Position numbers and translations under genes: made by a program
Assembly: GCA_020891255.1 (NCBI GenBank)
Contig: BQFW01000005.1
Location: forward strand, 124,001 to 188,000
Direction: 5' to 3'
Source: Entomortierella parvispora E1425
Taxonomy: Eukaryota; Fungi; Mortierellomycota
Length of the DNA stretch: 64,000 nt
In this document: positions 1-13,499 of the stretch, piece after piece
Layout: every line of letters starts with the position of its first letter
Position numbering within the stretch: the stretch's first letter is position 1
Notes under the pieces: generated by a model
Seen by the model: only the letters and a program-made list of their open reading frames with translations
Database searches by the model: none
What the model was told of the DNA's origin: nothing

Positions 1-591
1 ACCAAAGGAGAGCTGTCGGCCAGTCAAAGCCTCAGCCTCCTTCTTGATCCACTCCTTGATGGTCAAGGAGGACTTGGCCTGTCTGTTGCCCTTGTAGAAC
101 GAGTCACCATAGGAAATGACGTTGCCGTGTCTGTCAACATTGACATTGATATCACCGTTGGCGACCTCCAGTCCATCGATGCGTTGCTAAATTGTCAGGA
201 ACAGAGAGAGGGAGACGAAAGATCAGTCGTCTAGAGCCGATTTGAACATCGTCTTACCGAGTTTTGATTTGGGGCAAACTCAGCATACCTTGAGATAAAC
301 GTGCGTGACACCGTTGTGCTTGGACGTATAGGCATTCTTGACAATGTAGTCAGAGTCAGTCACTTGCTTCTCGACAAACTCGATGGCAACCTGCTCAGGG
401 TTCGAGGCCGAGCCGGCATAGAAGGAGTGGTGGGGGAGGAATCCGTTGCTGACGCTGGAGGGCGTCTGGTACTCCTTGTGAGCGAGCTCAGGGCCAAAGG
501 GCTGGACATGGGCGCGGTGGGCCGAGGTAGTGCTGGCAACAGCGACCATGGCCGCGAGGAGAGAGTAGGACTGGGACTTTGAGAACTTCAT
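1..591 (-). CDS. Fungalysin (peptidase M36) extracellular metalloprotease, 5' part; runs off the window start
   Basis: Signal peptide MKFSKSQSYSLLAAMVAVASTTSA and FTP-type propeptide YTSKHNGVTHVYLK|QRIDGLEVANGDINVNVDRHGNVISYGDSF. Exon 1 is 289-591, GT-AG intron 187-288, exon 2 from 186 down. Confidence 0.85.
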
Positions 592-2434
592 GATGAAGGG
601 TTGCTTGGTGTCCTACGGTGTCTATAGTCTTTGTTGAAGGAGTAGGTTCAAAGAAAGAAAGAAAAAAATAAAGATTTAAAAAATAAAATGAAAGAAGAGA
701 GAGGGAAGGAGAAGAAGGGACTAAGGATGGTGGAATCTGAGATGTGGAATGAATGAAGAAGAAGAAGAGAGAAAGAGGAGAGATGAGATGAGATGAGATG
801 CATGCGTTCGCCTGGGGTCCAGTCCTTTTAAGGCACCGCGCAGCCCGTCTGCGTCTGCACAAGACCAAACAAGGGAGGCAAAAAAGGTCGCCTATGGAAG
901 GAAGCGAACCCGTGTCGACTGTGCCCGTGTGACCGATTGGACCACCCGACACGCAGACGAATCATGATGCTCCTTCTGGTGGCAAAGAGTGTATTTCTGC
1001 GGTCTTAATAATGTTATTAAGATGACTCTTCTTATGGATGCACAAGGGACCTTGGTCCCGCGTGTGCGTGTGCGAGTTGAGGGAGAGAGGCCATATAGAC
1101 CGGACCTGACTGACCGGAGCGGCGCTGGTCATGGCTTGCCATGGCTTGCAGGCAGGCGTGTCCTTGAGAGCAAACCTCCATGCCCAAATGACCTCCGCCC
1201 TCAATTCCTCAATTTTCGCCTGCCTTCGCGCGCTCTCCTTTTTCGCAGCTGTCGTCATCCTGCTCACCATAACGCAAGGAACTCGCTCACCCCACCAAAT
1301 AAATGAACATTTCCACAACTGTACCAATGAGTCCTCTGACGTAAAAGATCACAGGGAGAGAACCACTGTGAGCAAACAAACAGTGCTATGCTGGTGTGAT
1401 AGAAAGGACCAAAGGAACGGTTGCAACAGCCAGTTGATCGGTTTACTGCGAGAGAAGAGAAAAGTAAAGTTCATTCCTAGGATTCTTGGACGTGCAGCAT
1501 CCTACCTCTCGAACTACGGGTGCCAGTCATCACGACAGCGCACCATTGGCCCAGGCCTTCACGTTCTACCCATCTCCCTCAGTCTCATCCAAAGCAGGAC
1601 TTGTAAATGCATCGAGGTATCTTCCTGCATGTTGGTTGCACAACAAACAATCGAAACCCCTCCGCAATGAGTTCCTGCGGATCTTGGAACGCTCTTCTGC
1701 AAGCAATTTGGGCGTTTTTTTTTTTTTTTTTTTTTTTTGGATTAACTTTGAACGACTATGGTCCTTGACTGTGGTGCATTGTGTTGAGACTGATGAAAAG
1801 AGATCCTTGCCCAGAGAATCACATTGATGGTAGCGTCAAGGCGCTCCTAACTGACAACACATGACCCAGACAAAGAAGACGAAGAGGTCTTCAAGCTGGA
1901 CTGGACCCCTGGATTTTGGGGCATAGAGAGCTAATCGCTACAATCCCCACGTCAGAGCCCTTGTTGACTGCTTGGGCATGGATGTTTGGAAGGACTGGAC
2001 TTCAAGTAAATAATAAAGCACGCAGAAACAAAAAAAATGGAAGTGCGTGATGGATCCGTCCGTGCCCTGACCTGTCTCTCGCTCGCTCGTTTGGTCTCCT
2101 GGCTGTAATTGTAAATGCAAGCGATCCTTGATGAACACAAAGACTCCCCTTCATCAATTCATCCTGCAGTAACGCAAAGGAAAAGGGTTCCATGTTCCAA
2201 GGGTGAGGGGTTGCAGTCTAAGGGTACCAATGGAAAAGCAAATGAACGAACTTTGGACTTTAGTATCAATGTTATTCCCTTGCCCTTTAAAACTGTGATC
2301 ATCTTCCCACTCCCTCTCCTTCTCTCTTCTTTTGTCTTCACCATCCGTCTCGCTCCGACTTCGTTTGTCTTCCTCCCCGCCTCTCTACCAAACTATTCTC
2401 ATTTCTCTTCTAAAGGAATCGATCAAGAACAAAG

Positions 2435-4387
2435 ATGGGTATCCCAATCGACCTGGAAATGGACGAGGAATTGAGGGCTTCCTCCAGCCATGGCGCCACG
2501 GCCGTCATCCACCACCATTACAGAGTACCCGCCGCGTCATCCCCATGGCCCCCACCACCTGCACCGCCTGTTTTGCCTCCACGGCACCCACAGAGAAGAT
2601 TGACACAGCACTATCAATCGCTTCGACAACATTACGCGGATCAACCGGCGATCCATCGTCAGCCTTCGATGACCACAACGTCAACATCCCCACCGCAGAT
2701 GCAAGTCCAGCATCAAAATCAGCAACAACAGCAGCAGCAAGAACAACATATCCCCTCGTCTCTTGTTCTTTCTCCGGTCCCTGACGCCTCTGAGCCAGAT
2801 CAGAGTCAAACGACAAGACAGACTCAACAGCAACGGCACCAGAGACAGCAACAGCGACGTTCTTCAGCAAGTGCCAGTGCGTTGTTCCGATATTATCAAC
2901 AGCAACAGCAACAACAGCAACCATCTTCGCAGTCTCAGCAACCTCAGCAACCGTCGCACATGCACTCAATTGCGGTGCGACCACGCGGCAACGATTCGGC
3001 AGTCGATGTCACTACTCAGAGTCAAGTCTCTGTCAGTCCAACTACCCTCGCAACAGCCCCTGCACCGCGCTCAGCACCTCCACCAGAACCACCGAGACGA
3101 CGACAGTCCAGGGAAGAGGCAAACGTGAAAGACGAAGAAAAAGAAGACAGGAACAGAATGACCGAAGCAGAGAGAATCGAACAGGAAAGGATTCGAGCTT
3201 ACCGACAAGCAGCAGAGTATGAACGTCGCAAAATGGCTCTTGAGCGAGAGCAGCTTTGGAGGCGGTGTCAACAACGATCCTCATCATCGACTATAACCAA
3301 TGCCACAGAGATTCAGCCCCTGAGACGATCCGGCCAACGACAGCAAGAGTTGTCAAATCGGGCTCCTTTAACCTCTGACAGCGTTTCATCGACCACATCG
3401 TGCTCCAAGGACAATGAGGCAACACGGACCACCCCTAGCGCGGCCAGAGCCACTGAACGAGCCCAGGGCGACAATGGCTCTGACAGCGGGGTGGATATGC
3501 AATCTTCAGAAGAGGAGGAGGAGGAGGAGGAGAATGAAAACGAGAAGGAAGAAGCCAGCCAGGCTGTTACCACTCAGTCCTTGGTCGCTGGGCGCCACCA
3601 CCATCGAAGTTTTTACGCTCTGGGACCCCATCGAGCTCCTCAAATCCGGTCTGCGATTCCGGCGTGGCCATCGTCTCATGCGTCCGTTACTGCTAACTCC
3701 TCTGCAAGAACTGCCTCTGAGGCGTCTACTGCCCTTCCCACAGTCCACGTCTCTGCTTCGAGCACATCCCCCAGCACAGCATCGACCAGAAGGACCATAT
3801 CCTTCACAACCAACAACGATTCCAATCCCCAGGAAATGCCCGTGTCCCACCCGCACGCAGATTCAAATGCCTTTTCTCCTATTTTTAATTCCATGGCGGG
3901 TGCTGCCTTGTTGCCTCCAATGGTTTCGGAAAGCCATCCTCGAGTTCTCCTGGGTGAACATGTCAACAATGCTGCTGTGGCACCTTCACTCTCCGTACAA
4001 CACCCCTTACCCCCAACTGCTGCCGTCGCGACACTTTCCAGAGACATAACACCACCTTCATCTGCAACAACACCACAAATCATTTTGCCGGCCTCCTTGT
4101 CTGCCCTAGCCCCAGGCCCGGCAACGGCGCCACTGTTGTCCCATTCTGCGATCCTTGTACAGTTGAAAGAAACCACGGAGTCGCAAGGCACGATGGAAAA
4201 CCATGCGGTGTTGCAGGAACAAATCCGACAAGCGCTCGGTCCCATGGTCTCGATAGCCATGTGTTGCGTTTTGCCAGACAATCCGCAGGACCCAGATCTC
4301 TTGAGCAAGTTGGTTGAATTGCCTTTCGTGCATCATGCCTGGAAATCATCCCTTGTCAACGAAGGCAACAACGTGGAGCAACCCTAG
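2435..4387 (+). CDS. Hypothetical 650-aa low-complexity (Q/S/E/P-rich) protein with a short globular-looking C-terminus
   Basis: Uninterrupted 1953-bp ORF with poly-Q, poly-E and a charged coiled-coil segment. No family recognised. Confidence 0.7.
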   Translation: MGIPIDLEMDEELRASSSHGATAVIHHHYRVPAASSPWPPPPAPPVLPPRHPQRRLTQHYQSLRQHYADQPAIHRQPSMTTTSTSPPQMQVQHQNQQQQQQQEQHIPSSLVLSPVPDASEPDQSQTTRQTQQQRHQRQQQRRSSASASALFRYYQQQQQQQQPSSQSQQPQQPSHMHSIAVRPRGNDSAVDVTTQSQVSVSPTTLATAPAPRSAPPPEPPRRRQSREEANVKDEEKEDRNRMTEAERIEQERIRAYRQAAEYERRKMALEREQLWRRCQQRSSSSTITNATEIQPLRRSGQRQQELSNRAPLTSDSVSSTTSCSKDNEATRTTPSAARATERAQGDNGSDSGVDMQSSEEEEEEEENENEKEEASQAVTTQSLVAGRHHHRSFYALGPHRAPQIRSAIPAWPSSHASVTANSSARTASEASTALPTVHVSASSTSPSTASTRRTISFTTNNDSNPQEMPVSHPHADSNAFSPIFNSMAGAALLPPMVSESHPRVLLGEHVNNAAVAPSLSVQHPLPPTAAVATLSRDITPPSSATTPQIILPASLSALAPGPATAPLLSHSAILVQLKETTESQGTMENHAVLQEQIRQALGPMVSIAMCCVLPDNPQDPDLLSKLVELPFVHHAWKSSLVNEGNNVEQP

Positions 4388-7300
4388 CTAAAAATTCACA
4401 GCCACATCCATAGTCTTTGTGGACGCGTCATGGGGTTCTAGGCAAAGAACAATAAAAAAGAACAATGTTGCAGATTCATCATGTTTTCTGGATAACAGAG
4501 GGTGGGGGCGGGGTGGGCGGGGATGTCAACGCCAACCCTGGAATGCGGCGTGGCATCTGTGCCTGGACCTTAAATTAGAGGCGCTGTTTTGAAAGAAGAA
4601 AAGGTGGGCGTACAGGCGCCGATCAGACCTCTCGAAAACGATAGAGTCACCAAGGACAAAAAAGTGGCACTGCAGATGTTAGCAGTGATCTCTCATAGAA
4701 GGTCCAGAAGTGGAGCTGGGCGATTCTTGGCAACAAAAGAAGAAAAAACAAAAAGAAAAAAAAAACAGGGGTGAAGTGGCGTCCGCAGTGAATGCAGATG
4801 CATCTGCAGCTGAAGGACAAAAGAAAGTAAAAAGATCATCCTCTGTATCTTTCGAACAGAGTCCGCGCGATGCTTTCATCATCTTTTGAACAAGCAGGGG
4901 TGAGGGCGAGAGGCACAAAAGACATTTCTTTCCTTTCCTTTGCCACCAGCAGTGCACTTCGTTTTTTTTCGTGAATGGACCATCTAGTCTGTCCATCGAG
5001 CTTTGAGTTCAACTGAGCCAACTATTCCCGTCTGTAGTTGATCCGCCCATCCCCTTTCCCAGATCACCAATTCTTTGTCCTGACGCGTTCGGAACAACAA
5101 CCGATCTCTTACTACCTTCTTTCTTTATCTCTCTTCTTCTATCCCACTCTTTCTCCTCCTGCTCTCTTTATCTCGCCCCCCTCGATTGTCTTCTTTTTTT
5201 CCTTCTGTCAACACTGCGGGCTAAGAACCCATTTGGATAAATGAAAGAAAGAGGGTCATGCGGCACTCTCGACTTCTGGCTCTCGCTTTTTTTTAATGTT
5301 CATTTCATTTTTTTTTTCTTGAACTTGGCGGTGCACATTTGTTGGTGCGCAGAGCCTTTTGGGGTGGTGAGTGAGCTATGAATTAAAACAAAGATAGAAC
5401 CTCAAAAAAAAAAATAGATCGAGCCAGGGCCATCTCTTTCAATTGATCTATTCTGTAGTCCTTCGTTTTGTATATTGCTGCAAGATGTCGACCAGCAGGG
5501 TCTATTATTCTCTTCCCAGAAGTAAAGACAAGCGACCATTGACCCATTGACAAGGGCAAAAAAAAAAGAGTGCTCTCATATGCAAAATAGTCAGCAGCTC
5601 AAAACCCCTTCAGTGGGGTCACAAGAACTGGAGCAAAGGAAAAAATAGTCATCAAGAAAGAGACACAGTCAAAGTGAAAGGACAAGAGTGAGAAAAAGAA
5701 AAAAAAGGTCGAACCGCAAAGGTTGTTAAGACATTGGCCCTCTTGCCTTTGGGAGTTGAAGCTAAATTGCTTATTTTTCTGGACTTTTGACCTCACATTG
5801 ACTTCGACTTTGACGCGATGGGGTTCTCTTCGCCCATGGTGCATGCCGTACCGTTGATTGGGAGACCAAGACAAAGAGGAGGGAAAAAAAAGAGAGCTGA
5901 AAGTCTATCATCCAGGGCACTCACATCAGCTCATTCGCTCTCTCGATTGTGTCGCTACTGTACCATAGAGCTACGCCCCAATTGCAAATGGTTGCATCTA
6001 GAACTCTTTTTCTTTGTGTGTGTTTTTCCACCTTTCATCCTTTTGCAGGAATGTCGTGCATCGACCCGCATCGACTTGGGGTGTCATGACCTCTTTTCTT
6101 ACCAATTGAACTAACATTCATTTATCTGGTCAAAGTTAATACGAACAGGGCGGCAAGTGCGCGACGCCCGGCGCAGGGATCCATCCGCGTTAAGGCCCTT
6201 AAGACGCGCGTCGAAAAAAACGCGCACCATCGGGTATTTCTCCGGGCTGTCGGCTCTTTGCAAGCTCTTTTCCATTCACATCAGCAAGAGAACGTAATGT
6301 AGAGGCAACCACAGGGCTTGTCCTTTTCAGTACGCAATGGCCGATCATTCCGTCAGAACCAAACTCCTGACACAGGGCCGCAGGGAATAAGGACGGGAAA
6401 GGGAAACAAAATGCCACGGAAGGAGAAGGACAATCTCTCATCCCTCGTTTTGCTCCTGCGCCACGTTTTTTGTGTTTTTGTGCTTTTGTGTTGGCCACGA
6501 GTTTCGTGTTGTTGGGCGTGGTCAGTCAGTCGGTCGATGGGTCGGTCGGGGCTTTGTTGTTCAAAGGTCGGGTCGGGCCTCAGTTGATTTTTTTTTTCCT
6601 TTGTAAACTCTCTTCTTTTGGGCGACAATCCACCATCCCCCCCCCCTTGACCCCCCTGTCACCCTGCACCATTTCGTCATGATTCATTCAAACAAGAAGG
6701 ATAGAATCCATGGAGCTCGGGCAACGAAAGGCCTTTACTTATTTCAGATCAATACCATTTTCACACACTTACATTTATTCGACTTATCAAAAAAAAACTG
6801 TGCCTGTAAGTTCAGGGGCGGGCTCAGCCAGCAGGGCCAATCTTCCACACAGACCGCGCACTCTGGCCATCTTTCAACTTTCCCCCGCTACTTCTCCGCC
6901 CCTTTGCCCTTTGAACCTTTGACTTTGCACTTTTGATCATGGTGTTGAGAAAAAAAAAACATAGTTTAAGAGAAATGACAAAGAAAAAAAAATCGATCGC
7001 CCTTGGCCCTTTCATTCCAAAGGCTATGACTGAACTCGCCTGTTCTCAATTGGGCTGTCTTCCTCCGCACCCCCGTTTTGTTGTTGTATTGTTGTATCGC
7101 TGAATGCTGAATGCTGATAGATAAACAGCAGGCAAAGCCTTAACTTGCCTCGCCCCCTCCTCCTGCTCCTCCTTCCCCCTTCCCCCCTTTCACCCCCTGG
7201 ACACCATGTAGGCAGGGTGCATGGCATGGTGCTACGCTACGCAGCCCGAGGGTTGTTTTGTGCTCCATTGCTTTCTGTCTTTGTATTTTACAAAGACGTC

Positions 7301-7988
7301 CTAAAATGTGTTGCGTGGTTATGAATGGGTCAAGGAGAGGGGTCAGTGTGACATCTTTGCTCTTCCATTTCTTGAACGAGGTTGCGAACCAGCGAGAAAA
7401 CTAAAGGAAAGCTTAGCACTCTGGAAAACTGGTTCCGAGATTAGGAGAGCAAAGAAAAGAAAGAGAGAAAGAGAGATGGCCCAAACTCTTTTTTTTTTGT
7501 TATTATTCTTGTCGAGGGTCTCAATTGATTCAATTATTATTGAGGTTTTCAAAAGAACCCGAGTACAACAAGAAAAAAAAACACAGGGCAAAGGGAGGTT
7601 GAGGTAATAATGATGCGAGGGGGAGGAAGGAGGGGAGCACAGGCAACAACGAGGCAAAGGACGCAGGTACAGAGTACAAAACACAATTGCGTGCCATGGT
7701 CTTTGGGCTTTGCATTTGTCCATGGTCGGAACATTTTTTTGTATAAATACCATTGGGACCCTTGGCAACATTTTTTTTTCTCCACACATCAACACAGATT
7801 TTCAATCACCCCATCTCTCAACCTTTCACCCTTTCCCAAAAAAAGCAAGCTCTCACAATTCCTTTTCTTGTTCCTTTTTCCATCGCTTCCAAAGATACAA
7901 CCCCTTTGTCTGTTCTTCCTTGACAAGAATCACCTCTTTTCTTCTCCACACCCAAACAAAAAGCACAATCACACAACATTTACCAAAA

Positions 7989-8580
7989 ATGACTGCCCCC
8001 ACGGCCTCCACATCCTCGACCGCCTCGGCTTTTGGTCAACCGCACGCCCGCTCTCTGTCGGGTGGAAACAACAACAGCGGCTCGGAGCAGCACCGTGATG
8101 CAGATGAGGACGATGTTCCCAAGCTGGATCAACCTCAAGGTTCCCGTTCTTCAGACCAACAACCTCAACCTACTGATGCTGACCCGCACCCAGAGCTGGA
8201 TCAGTTTGTCAACGAGTTTTATGATGGTAAGACCCTCCTTCAGCACTCCTCCTTCTCTTTCTCACTTTCTCCGTCCTCCATGACGGATCATAGTCCAGTG
8301 GACAGGGAGTAAGGTTACGGCGTGATCACTTTTCGACGGAGGGCCGCTCTCTAGTCTCTTTTTTTCACGTTAATCACTCTCATTGACGTTGACGTCGTTT
8401 TGAGCTCTGAAAGTGTGTGCGGGGGGCCCAGACTGTTTTTTTTATTCTCCCTGGCGAAAACAACAAACACGTTAATGGTGGAGCTCTTTTGCTAACGTGT
8501 TTCCTTCCCCCTCCCACCTCTTCGATGACCCATTTTTAGGCGACAAATTCACCGATGTCGACAGTCGCGTTTGGGTTTAA
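7989..8580 (+). CDS. Small 92-aa two-exon hypothetical protein
   Basis: ATG at 7989; exon 1 to 8226; intron GTAAGA...(GCTAAC)...TTTTAG 8227-8539; exon 2 8540-8580. The phase-1 join gives ...ELDQFVNEFYDGDKFTDVDSRVWV*. Confidence 0.7.
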
Positions 8581-9675
8581 AGACGCGAATTCCAAGCCAA
8601 AAAGAGGGACCGAGGACCATGATCGCGCTTTTCAAGCGCCATTCTCTCGCTCTCTCTCTCCTCTCGGCTGACCGCCCTGTCCATACTTGTAAATAGTCAC
8701 CATTCCTATCCCTCTCTTCTTTTTTTGCTACCTCTTCGTCTCTTTCCAATCACTCACTTTTAGTCCTCAAGTTCGTGTTCAATTGGGGTCAGATTCTGCT
8801 TTCTTTACTTTAGCAAAGATGGCGAGCTCGGCTCGAATCATCGTATATACCCCCTTCCCTTCTTCCCCTCCATGTTTATCTTCTTTTCCCGTATGCCTCA
8901 TGACCCCTTCTTATCATGAACCTCTTTGTTTCCTTCAATCTACAATGAAGAAACTTGGGGAGTAACCGAACACAACCAAGCAAAGGGTTATCCTCAACCA
9001 CTGTGTTGATATCTAGAATAGAAAAAGAAGAAATAAAAAAAAAAATGAAAAAAGTGAATACCTTCTCAAACACCTTGCCTTGTCTTTTTCCCCACAACCA
9101 CAACCACAACCCCAACGAACGCAAACAAATCAACAACCGCAGCCATTGAGAAAACCAACGTCATGCAGATTGCTCGGTGGCCGATTGCCGAACCATTGGG
9201 CAAAATGCATGGGTCGCATCGAACAACAAGACACAAAAAAAAAACAGGTCAGACAACCGGAACTGGAGGGACACACAGCGCTCAGATGTTGTTGCCGTTG
9301 TTTCCTGCCGTTGTTTCCTGCCGTTGTTGTTGTTGGGAAAAAAAAAAACAAGAAAGCGGCTCTCATTTTAGTCACTCAAGCCCTGATGCACTGTCCCCTT
9401 CTTGTCGCGCATTCTCGTTGACTCCACAAGAAGACTGATGAAAAAAAAAAACAAAGACACAGACACACAGACCAGAGGAATGTGTGTGTGTGCGTGATAT
9501 GTTTTTTCTTGCTCTTTTTCACTTTTTTTTTTTTTTTTTTTTTTTTGGGCCGGCAATGACCTTGTACCATCTTTCCTGCATGGGAGCGCGCACATTTTGA
9601 AAAAAATTTCCCCCCTCACCTGCTCTTGGTCTAAGGTGACAAGAACGAGAAGAGAACACGAAGGGTATTTTATGA

Positions 9676-12600
9676 CTAATCTTGCTTTGACTCTTCCGTT
9701 CTTTCGTTTCGACTCACTACGTCAGGAAGGTACTGCTGCACAGGTCTCCAAATATAGATTTCAAACTGTCGACTGAGCTGTAGTCCATAACGCGTCTGCT
9801 GGAACAGCAAGGCCAAAATCCAGAGTACAAAGCTATGGGTCATGCCATAGATCTGCCAATTGAACCGCATCCCTGACCAAATGAGATATCCCAACATTCC
9901 GTTCAGGATCCAGATTGTAAGCTTGGACGAGTATCTAACAAATTCAAATAGAAACATTTAGCCATCCGCTTCAGCGCAAATGGGAGCGATCAAGAACATG
10001 AGCGGATAAACTTGAAAAAATGAAGACAAAAAAAAATACCTTGCAAATATAGTCTTTCGAGGGACGACGGCACCATGGATCAGCTCCTCGACAAGGACAA
10101 GGAACGGGGCAATGGAAACCAATCGGTGGTCAGAAGGGAAGGAGACGAACCATCGGCCAGCAATGTTCCTGATCCAGACCATCAACACCGGTACTGCAAA
10201 CGGAAGCAAGAAAAACAACACCATGACCATAGTCATCATCCAGTGGAACCTATCCCAGAGCTCTTTGGAGCTCTTAGATTCCTATTATCGACAAAGTCAA
10301 GAAGATCCAAATCATTAGCTCTAAGACCTCTTGCGCGACAGAATCCCCCTGTACTACTTAGAACGAGGAGTAAACACGAATACGTACGGTTCGCTTCGCT
10401 ACAGACAACACGCGCGCACTGCTGAAAATCAGGGTCAAGAGAGACCCTGTGAATATGAAGGGATGGGGCACGACTAGTGCAATCAGACTCAACAAGAACA
10501 CCACGGACAATGTTCGGTTCCTAGAGGCAATGTCAAGAAGGGTTATGAATCGCACTCAAAACGCAAATCAAATCCAATATAATATACAACCTTTCCGTGT
10601 CCGTACCTTGGGCTCCACTGGCGTGACAGAGCACCCGATCGCATGGTCCATGAAATGGAAACCACAAGTCCGGTCAAAACCACCCAGACAAGTGCCACGA
10701 TGCCGACGGCCAGTTGGAAAAACACTGGAGCAAGGAACCAGAAGAACAGATCGTTGCTTCCCAATAGTACGTCCTGGAGTCGCCACCGCCTCAACACTCC
10801 ATCACTGTCCGCTGTCGCCAATAGCGTCTGAAGGACAGAGATTCCCGTCAACAATCCAGAAAACTTCCAGAATGTACCCTTGCTCAGACTCACAAGCGTA
10901 CTCCCAAAAGATGCAAAGGACTCGCCCTTGAACCATCCTTGAAGTTGCGCTCGTAAAGTCAACAGCACAACCATGAACGTGAAAACGATGGCCGCCATTC
11001 GATAACGAATCACCGCTTTCCCGACGCTTCCAAATTTGTCCACTGTTAACTCCACTGTCATGGGCGAGTCGCAGGTCGGGTCCATCCAGGGTGTCAGCTC
11101 AACTCCTTTTTTGTTCTTCAACGGAGCCCTGGCGAGATATGGAAGGTCGCCATGGAAATTCAAGTCGATCCCCTCTGGTTTCGCCAGGATGTTGACAGAG
11201 AACTTGTCTTCATACATGGCCCAACTCGACTGTCGCAGAAAGGGCGTGAAGTGAGTGCGAGAACCTGACGCATTTGGATCGATCGACCGTTGACTTTAGT
11301 GACACTCTTTATTATGGTATGCAGACTTGAGAAAGAGAAAAGGAGCAGGTCTGTGCCTTTTTTACTCTTACCTTCACATCCTGGTCTGCTGGCCTTCAGG
11401 TTGTAAGCCAACAGGCTGTTGTCCATGTTTGGCAGCTCGATCACCGTTGATAGTTGTGGCTCCAGAGTCAGACGCAGGCCATTAAGAAGGAGGTCTGATA
11501 AAATGAACGAATGAAATGTTAAAATGGTTGTAGTAGATTGCTGCCAACGCCCAGCACGTAAGGTCGCACCTGTGTTTGTCGTTTGCAGGAATCTTGAGTT
11601 GCTGTTCTCTCTTTGAATCTGAACCTGCAAGAAGCCTTGGTCTCCATACTGTGGACCACGGTCGACAACCACCAAGTGCTGGGCGATATCTTTCGTTCCA
11701 GACGTTAGAGCGCCTTGGTGAAATCGAAACTCTTTAGCCGTATGATACTCCCCTTCAAAGAGTGGCAATGAGGATGATGGCGTTGACGCCGGCGTCGGAA
11801 CAAAAGATAGGCCATCCTGTCCGCATCTCATTAGCTCAGACGTCCCTTGACTGCAGAGCAAAACCTCTAGTCGACTACCCTGCTCCAAACTGTGGTCGGT
11901 CAAAATCTGAAGTGTACTCTGCTTTGAATCCGAGAGTTCAAGTACATGATAATGTTCGGCGTTGCTGCTAGGTAAGCTCCATCGTTCATCCAGGTTTACA
12001 AACGAGTGTCGAAGGCCATCTAGTGACAATGGTCTATCCGCTGCAAGTAGAGGATTTCCGTAACGGTTAAACAATGCCTGTACTCTTTGGTCATTGTAAT
12101 TTAAAACTTACCTTGCGCTCCTCTCAGAATTTTGGAACCGGTAATCAAGACTTTGTGGAATACGCTCATTCGATGGTCCAGTTGCTTGACTTGTCCAGCA
12201 AGTCTTGCATCTATGATTTCTACCATTGCCTTGCCGATAGCCTTTGCTACCTGGTTGCACCACAAGATAGACAGATGATCACATCCGACCCAAGCATGCG
12301 GGATAGACGACGTAAAGACTGAGAATCCGTTGCTCGGCGGCACGATATGCTGGATGTTTCCAGAGTCACTATTCACCGTGATGTCCAAGTTGCCACCCAT
12401 GATCGAAACCAGAGACACGTCCTTTAACAATCCTCTGTCCGTTCTTTGATACGAGGCTCTCCAGAAATCTTCGATTCTCGCGTAAATAGTTGTAACCTGA
12501 GAATCCAGCGAGATTGGTGCCGCCATGTGGGGTGTGGCAACAGTGACGATCGTGTTGACAGATCCTTGCTGATAATTATTCTGTAGAAATATGGTCCTAG

Positions 12601-13499
12601 CGACAATTCCTCCCATGCTATGACCAACCAAAACTACTGATGTTGGTCGAGGGAAGCCGTCCTGACCGCTTTCGGGGTATAGTGAGAGAATGAAGGCGAT
12701 GGCCTGGTTGATGTACTGTGCCTGATCCAAAAGTAAATGTCCATGGAATGCCGAGAATTCCTCATTCAGGTCGACTAAAAGATAACAAAAGATGTTGGTG
12801 TGCTTGTTTTGCTGACATCGGCTCGATTGCAATTTATGACCGTGGCTGTACCTGTGAAAAAATCAAGAGGCCGTGACCCCTGGTCCCTGGTTCCTTGTTC
12901 CCGAGGAACGGTCTCGTGATAATATGTCGATGCTTCCTTTGCGATCGACCGCACCTGGCGGGCGCTTCCAGCATTTCCAGGGATAAAGAGAACAGGGACC
13001 CCAGTAGGATGCCACTAAGATGAAGTCAACGGAATATGCGATTAATGAGTCGCTCTGTTCAGTTCCGAATAAAAGGATAACTGCCACATACCTTTGCTTC
13101 CTTCTCAATGGCCCAGTCGCGCTCTCCGATATGACGAAGATTGCTTTGAGCGAGCCGAGGATGAGGGTCGTGTTCGTCTCGATAGAACATGAGGCCGTAC
13201 TTGGCCGCGTATTGGGTCTGATTCGCATCAAAGGCGAGCAGTCTGTAGTAGGTGGGCTGCATATAGGTCATGGTGCAGGCCTTGGCATCAACCTGTCGAT
13301 GGAAGCTCGAGTGGATAGCTGAGCCGAGGACCGAGAGGGAGCAGAAGGCGAGGGCGACGAGGGAGAAAGAGCGGCCCATTGATGGCCATGGTTGATCAGG
13401 ACATGGCGATGACGATCGAGTATCGGGGGATGATGAATGGAGCTCATGCACGGCGGTGGACATTGTCCGAGATGAGCAGGGCTGGGATGGATGGTGCAA
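9676..13499 (-). CDS. BST1: GPI inositol-deacylase (PGAP1/Bst1 family), multi-exon
   Basis: Spliced product has an N-terminal TM, GVPVLFIPGNAGSARQVRSIA, VDLNEEFSAFHG, the lipase motif GHSMGG, WVGCDHLSILWCNQ and multiple C-terminal TMs. All junctions are GT-AG and in phase. Start could be 13499, 13463 or 13379. Confidence 0.93.

Noticed and set aside
2263-2415. GTATCAAT followed by a pyrimidine tract and AAAG: candidate variant minor intron upstream of the 650-aa ORF
   Set aside because: It is not in phase with the ORF from the nearby ATG. An RTATCAAY 8-mer is expected several times by chance in 128 kb of both strands, and other matches fall inside exons.
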